Shown in pieces: positions 62,083 through 64,000 of a DNA stretch of 64,000 nt (position 1 is its first letter; each line of letters starts with the position of its first letter). Source of the DNA: Thermoleophilaceae bacterium (GTDB lineage Bacteria; Actinomycetota; Thermoleophilia; Solirubrobacterales; Thermoleophilaceae). The DNA is taken from the NCBI GenBank assembly GCA_036406475.1, contig DASXBA010000006.1, positions 1,564 to 65,563 on the forward strand, in the 5' to 3' direction. The position numbers were made by a program, and so were the translations under genes. The notes under the pieces were generated by a model that had not been told where the DNA came from, did not search any database, and saw only the letters and a list, made by a program, of their open reading frames with translations.

Positions 62083-63783
62083 TCAGCGCTGAGCGTACGA
62101 CCCGGCTTCGGTACGCGAGTCCGACACGGCGTCCTTCGTCCGGCCGTGGGAGTGCTCGTAGCCGGCGGCCTGCACCCGGGGACGGTCGGAGTACTCGCCC
62201 TGCCGGTCGAGCGTGTGGCCGCGGCTCTCGAGCTCGGCCAGCACCGCGGGGTCGATCCGGCCGTCCTCGACGATCAGCGGGCCGCCGGGCTCGCCCTGGG
62301 CGTCGATCCGCTCCGCGTCCACTGCGTGGGCGAGGTCGAGGCCGTACTCGATCCTGTTCAGCACCGAGAAGAAGGCGCCCATGATGATCCGGGATCCGCC
62401 GGCGCCGCCCGTGACGTCGATCGGGCGCCCGTTCTCCACCGCGATCATCGGGCTCATAGACGAGCGCGGCCGCTTCCCCGCCAGTGCCTCGTTCGCCGTG
62501 CCGGGATCGCCGAAATCGGTCATCTCGTTGTTCAGCAGGAAGCCGGTGCCGGGAGCGACGACGGTCGAGCCGAACTCCTGCTCGATCGTGCAGGTGAGCG
62601 AGACCGCGTTGCCGCCCTTGTCGATCACCGCGATCTGGGTGGTCGAGCCCTTCTCCGTGTTCGCTTCGCCCGGCCCGTAGCTGCCCGCCTGGTCCGGGTC
62701 GATCAGCGCGCGGCGCTGCGCCGCGTAGCGCTTCGAGATCAGCGTCCGGGTGGGCACGTCGACGAAGTCCGAATCGCCCACGTACTCGTTGCGGTCGGCC
62801 CAGGCGAGCTTCTGCGCCTCGGCGATCTGGTGCAGGGCGTCGGCGGAGGACTGGCCCTCGCCGCGCAGGTCGAAGCCCTCGAGGATGTTGAGCATCTCGA
62901 TCACGGCGATTCCGCCCGACGTGGGTGGCGGCATCGCCACGATCCCGCGCCCGCGGAACGAGCCGCGCAGCGGCCGCCGCCACTTGGCGCGGTAGGAGGC
63001 AAGGTCGCGGCGGGTCATCACGGCGGCGTCGCCGGGGATCGGGTTCGCCGCGGCCCGCCTCATGTCGGCCACGATCCGCCGCGCGATCGGGCCGTCGTAG
63101 AAGGCCTTCGTCCCCTCGCGGCGGATGAGATGCAGCGTCCGGGCGAGACGCGGCTGCCTGAGCACCGAACCGGCGGGGTACGGCGTCTGCCCGTCGACCA
63201 GGTACTGGCGGGCGGCGGTGGGGAAGAGCTTGAGCCGATCCGCGTTCTCCTCCATCGACTTCGACAGCGCCGGTGTGACGACCACGCCCCGGCGCGCCAT
63301 CCGCTCGGCGGGCCGGATCGCGCGCGACAGGCTGATCGTTCCGAAGCGCCGCAGCGCCGCGCGCATGCCCGCCAGGGTGCCCGGCACCCCGACGGTGAGG
63401 TGGCCGGTGAAGGTCTTGTGCAGGCCCGGCCCCTGAAGCGTCTGCGGCGTGAACGCGGCTGGCGCGGTCTCGCGGAAGTCGAGGGCGGCAGTGCGCCCGC
63501 GCCGGCTGCGATAGACCAGGAAGCCGCCGCCGCCGATCCCGCAGGACTGCGGCCGCGCGGCGTTGAGGGCGAAGACGGTGGAGACGGCGGCGTCGACCGC
63601 GTTGCCGCCGCGCTCGAGGACCCGGCGGCCGACGCGGCCGGCCGCGGGAGATTCCGTGGCCACCACACCCCGCTGCCCGGTGACGGCCGGACGGAACTTC
63701 GAGCCCTGCTTGGCGTCGGCCGTGCCGAGCCCACCCAGCAGGGCAAGCGCCAGGACACAGGGAACTACAGCGAAGCGCCTCAC
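62083..63783 (-). CDS. ggt: gamma-glutamyltransferase
   Basis: Signal peptide. Autoprocessing and nucleophile region GSTTQIAVIDKGGNAVSLTCTIEQEFGS. Confidence 0.9.
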   Translation of the reverse strand: MRRFAVVPCVLALALLGGLGTADAKQGSKFRPAVTGQRGVVATESPAAGRVGRRVLERGGNAVDAAVSTVFALNAARPQSCGIGGGGFLVYRSRRGRTAALDFRETAPAAFTPQTLQGPGLHKTFTGHLTVGVPGTLAGMRAALRRFGTISLSRAIRPAERMARRGVVVTPALSKSMEENADRLKLFPTAARQYLVDGQTPYPAGSVLRQPRLARTLHLIRREGTKAFYDGPIARRIVADMRRAAANPIPGDAAVMTRRDLASYRAKWRRPLRGSFRGRGIVAMPPPTSGGIAVIEMLNILEGFDLRGEGQSSADALHQIAEAQKLAWADRNEYVGDSDFVDVPTRTLISKRYAAQRRALIDPDQAGSYGPGEANTEKGSTTQIAVIDKGGNAVSLTCTIEQEFGSTVVAPGTGFLLNNEMTDFGDPGTANEALAGKRPRSSMSPMIAVENGRPIDVTGGAGGSRIIMGAFFSVLNRIEYGLDLAHAVDAERIDAQGEPGGPLIVEDGRIDPAVLAELESRGHTLDRQGEYSDRPRVQAAGYEHSHGRTKDAVSDSRTEAGSYAQR

Positions 63784-63961
63784 ATAGGCGGGCTACCCGG
63801 GTGCCGAGCCGCGCAAAACGGCGTCGTAGACGGCATCGCTGGGGGCGCGCATCGGCTAGCCGCCCCCGGAACGCCCCGTTCGATCGTGGTGAGCCGGCGA
63901 GGAGCCCGTCAGGCAAGGAAGCAGGGAGCGACGCCTGCTCTGCAGGCGAGCGACCGATGAC

Positions 63962-63988
63962 GCCGCCTGACGATGCTCCGCAGGCGGC
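63962..63988 (-). terminator. hairpin downstream of a minus-strand gene that ends near 63989
   Basis: GCCGCCTG, an 11-nt loop, then CAGGCGGC, adjacent to a TCA (reverse-strand stop) at 63989..63991. The gene body lies outside the window. Confidence 0.25.
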
Positions 63989-64000
63989 TCAGCCGATCGA

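Noticed and set aside
63784-64000. Possible gene or RNA at the right edge.
   Set aside because: Only a reverse-strand stop codon near 63989 and a hairpin are visible, and the gene body is outside the window. Only the hairpin is reported, at low confidence.

Overview
The window is a very GC-rich chromosomal segment with strong GC3 codon bias and many GTG/TTG starts. It has frequent 4-nt start/stop overlaps. This style resembles Actinobacteria (Thermoleophilia/Solirubrobacterales-like), but that placement is only an inference. I support about 60 protein genes and found no rRNA, tRNA, CRISPR array, transposase or integrase.

The content is mostly housekeeping:
- **Metabolism:** gltB, ispH, ggt, amidase, beta-carbonic anhydrase, WS/DGAT and a lipoate-ligase-family protein.
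- **DNA transactions (25.2-38.4 kb):** topoisomerase III, a metallophosphoesterase, a Zn-ribbon protein, addB-addA, a membrane protein and an AAA-ATPase/HTH protein.
- **Cell envelope:** an FHA protein, a class B PBP and a CvpA-trypsin (MarP-like) protease.
- **Regulators:** MarR, TetR and LysR.
- **Secreted enzymes:** an unusually large set of very basic proteins, comprising two S8 peptidases, a TIGR03767-like phosphoesterase, a choice-of-anchor-L protein, a lysyl-oxidase-like protein and a PHM/DBH-like copper monooxygenase fused to a cupredoxin.

The observations most worth follow-up are:
1. The PHM-like copper monooxygenase-cupredoxin fusion, together with the lysyl-oxidase homologue.
2. 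A roughly 165-aa Arg-rich C-terminal module shared by two unrelated secreted enzymes, plus polybasic C-terminal tails on several others.
3. A 48-bp palindromic intergenic repeat family.
4. TACYGCC heptamer arrays at two unlinked intergenic loci.
5. Co-transcription of addAB with a membrane protein and an AAA/HTH protein.

I did not find a clear multi-gene system that I can confidently call new. All functional calls rest on motif recognition by eye, not on database searches.
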